Assembly: GCA_964016885.1 (NCBI GenBank)
Contig: OZ024758.1
Location: forward strand, 18,104,001 to 18,168,000
DNA from: Eledone cirrhosa
Lineage: Eukaryota
Direction of reading: 5' to 3'
Length of the DNA: 64,000 nucleotides
Positions 60,521 through 64,000 of this stretch are shown here, one piece after another. Position numbers and translations under genes: made by a program. Positions within the stretch are counted from its first letter, which is position 1, and every line of letters begins with the position of its first letter. The notes under the pieces were generated by a model. That model ran no database searches. It was not told where the DNA came from and was given only the letters and a program-made list of their open reading frames with translations.

Positions 60521-61110
60521 CGTGTGTGTGTGTGTGTGCGTGTGTGTGTGCGTATATATGTTAGTGTTGATATAGGCATGGGTGAATGTGTTAGCGGAGC
60601 TGGTGAGAAATGAACTCAGATCGCTAAAGCTCATGGAGCACATGTCAAAAGACCGTGACGAATGGAGAGGTGCCGTGCGGAATAGGAGCCGTCCCACCCT
60701 TGCAAGCAGGGAAAAGCGGTCGTACAATGATGATGATGATGTGTACTTCTACGTATGCGGGAATATTAATCTAATCATATTTAGTAGAGGAATTATATTT
60801 ATCTTGTTGTGAGTTCATCATATTTCTTGAAGAAACTAATTATATTCATATGTTTATGAACAAGGAATTTATTACTTCTTTCATCAATCTATGTCTTCGA
60901 TTTAAATATTATTTCAATTTTAACATAGGTTATTTATTGCATCTAGCGGTGTATTCGGAAATGAGATCTTGTTGCAAGTATTTATACTCTGCCCCATTCA
61001 ATCATAAAGACAAATTGCATACAGGCCTCACGCCACACAGTATTTCTATCAGATCAACATATATGTAAATGTAAATACTCTCCACAACACACACCCACAC
61101 TCGCATTCAG

Positions 61111-61169
<59 letters not shown>

Positions 61170-61303
61170 AAAAGCGACACGACTGAGCACCCTACGTATC
61201 GAGTACTCTGGTGTGCTATGGTCCACCTGGTTTATTACCACAGTCTCTTTGTTATATATATATAAAGTATATATTACGGGGTCGATAAAATAAAGTACCA
61301 GTA

Positions 61304-61349
<46 letters not shown>

Positions 61350-62594
61350 TACTGGTACTTTATTTTATCGACCCCGTAAGGATGAAAGGCAAAGTTAAAC
61401 TCGGCGGGATTTGAAATAAGAATGGCAAGGGCCGTAACTCTTTGCTGCAACACCTGATTCAGTCTGTCTAATTGTAATTGAGTTACTTTCAGAGATAATC
61501 TTGAATTATTGATTGTTTAGGAGAGTACTACGTCTAAGAGTACAAGACTCTAAAAAATTGTAATTGTTAATTAATTTATTTTTAAACTCTGTATTCTAAG
61601 GGGTAGTATTCTCAGAAGAAAAAACGGGACACGTTTTGTGGAGAGACATGGCATGTAACGTAACGGTAAATTAAATCTTTATCTGTCCTAGACAAAGATT
61701 TAATTTACATATCTACAGAAACAAGTTTCTTCATGCTGACAAAGATTGAAGAGATCCGACTATATGTGTTGAATCAAATATTGTTATATTTGGGGAAATA
61801 CAACAATATAAATATAATTATAATATAATTTGAGAAATTATATCATATTTATATTAATATTTTTAACTGTTGGTCAATCATTGACAAACATTGATTGACA
61901 GCTAAATCTTTTAGAAATATATAAAAATATACCGAAGTGAAATCCAAACCAGACCAAACAGTGAGAGTGTTTTAATATTTTTAACAATACCAGGACAACA
62001 TCTCCCTCTCCAAATGAAACAGTAAACATTAAAACAATATATCTTAAAATATACATTCATTCCAACACACGTATTATTAACTCTTTATTGTCAAAATTGA
62101 ATATATTAGACTAAGGAAGGGCATAGTAATTGGTTTAAGCGTGTGTTGTTAATATATATTATTTTCTTCATTCAAAGATGAATATATCTCACTACAGATA
62201 TTGTCAATCTATTTCTTTTGTATTTTCCAATCCAACATAATCTTGGCCTTATTGTAGCTGTATGAAAGTTAATTCGGGTTAGTTTATAGCCAAAAGCATA
62301 GTGTACAGGATAAATATGAATATCTATTTTGTGGTAGGCACTTTTGTCGCTTATCATTCCGTGCTTGAATATTACAATAATAACATTCATCAATAATCTA
62401 TTGCGACATGGAAGTTTCTATCATGAATTGACTCTTACGTTTGAATTACACACACATATGTACCTCTGGTTGACGTGTTGATATCCATTAGGTTATGGGA
62501 TTATAAAAATTTAAATATTCATCCTTATCATATCTTCCTGTATAATACAATGATTCTTGTAATTCAAGGGATGTACTTTAAATTTTGTAATATA

Positions 62595-62633
<39 letters not shown>

Positions 62634-62687
62634 TAAAAAAATAATGAATAAAACAAAGAAACAGTTCCTTATATTAAACAAAAAAAG

Positions 62688-62821
62688 TTCATTATTTTAC
62701 GATCGTTTCTAGGACATATATGTGTTAGAATTGGTATGCATATTCAAAAGATCTATGTACAAAATTATACAAACTATCAAGGAGAATATACATACCATCA
62801 CATATATATGCTGTCTTCAGA

Positions 62822-62827
<6 letters not shown>
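62688..62827 (-). ncRNA. Long-helix-II hammerhead, second copy of 8469-8623
   Basis: attattt-CTGAAGA-cagcatatatatgtg...cacatatatgtccta-GAAAC-GATC-GTA-aaataat. Confidence 0.75.
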
Positions 62828-62861
<34 letters not shown>

Positions 62862-62973
62862 TTAATAATAAATTTGAAGCCTAAAATCCAAAGAGGTTAG
62901 TTTCAGAAGATCTCGTTAAGGGTGAAAGCAGCGATTCTTTGCTTAAACTTTACTCTGTTATTTTAATAAATAA

Positions 62974-63047
<74 letters not shown>

Positions 63048-63184
63048 ATGTGTGTCTGTATGTATATATATATTACTTATTATAAGAAAAGATTAAGGTT
63101 TAAGCAAAGAATCGCTGCTTTCACCCTTAACCGGATCCTTATTTAGCCCTCTTCAGATTTTAGTCTTCACATGTATTATTATTA

Positions 63185-63262
<78 letters not shown>

Positions 63263-63847
63263 TCGCTCATATATGTGTGTTTGAATATGTGTATGCACAT
63301 TTGTATGTGAGTGTATAAACCCTACATAAAAGCTGAAACTACTAATCATCTAGTCAGGTTTATATCTTCCTTTATACCCACGCTGCACCTTGCCATGCAT
63401 AAATTACTACCCTGATCTTTAGTTTCCCAAGTCCTTGCACCTGGAGTTATTACTGATTTATTTCATCTCCACAAATTCTTTTTAGCAGTCATTCATACAA
63501 TTTCTCTATAATTTCTCAGTGAAACATTTCACCTAGTATGAATATTCAAAGCTCTATTTACTTTATGAGGTTCTCTATCCTGCAGCAAACTGCAAACATC
63601 CTCTCAGGACTTTCGGTTCAGTGGTACATATCATTGAGAGATCTGGAGTTGATTCGCCAATCATTCATTTGGACGCACACCTTTTGTTCTGGTAAATGCA
63701 TGTTACTCTCATCACTGGGCTTTCTATTCACACTATGCCGAGTAGATCTAATTCCATGTTCTCAGAAATCTGCGACTAGATAGCATTTAGAATGTGAGAT
63801 CCTTCTCCTTCTTCTTCTTTAGTTTGAACAACAACTAGGTAGCATTA

Positions 63848-64000
63848 TTGGCAGTATCGGTAGAGGGTTGGACCACATGCTTTCTAGAATAGTTACGTCC
63901 CTTTACAGTCTGAGTTCCAATCCCGCCGAGGTTAACTTTGCCTTTCATCCTTACGGGATTGATAAAATAAAGTACCAGTAATGTACTGTGTAATTGCTGG
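63848..64000 (+). mobile_element. tRNA-derived SINE running off the window
   Basis: Family consensus. Confidence 0.85.

Overview
Very AT-rich eukaryotic DNA saturated with microsatellites. The SINE, LINE and MITE families suggest an octopus-like cephalopod (inference). I found no intact protein-coding gene: nearly all listed ORFs are translations of (TA)n/(CA)n/(GA)n tracts. Recognisable coding remnants are transposon fragments: a Penelope-like GIY-YIG endonuclease, a CRE-like restriction-like endonuclease, several RTE-clade RT 3' ends and a duplicated, decayed pogo/Tigger-like piece. There may also be heavily eroded Ig-like exons on the minus strand. The main hidden structure is a dense set of small elements, mostly beside (TA)n tracts and often folded back on themselves, that carry self-cleaving ribozyme motifs. 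About 20 intact or degenerate type I hammerhead motifs from several sequence families are visible; six variants share a C-C mismatch at the same helix II position with covarying flanks. One family repeatedly folds back at the centre of its hammerhead helix II, and another carries an HDV-like pseudoknot candidate. All structures and translations were read by eye, so coordinates may be off by a few bases.
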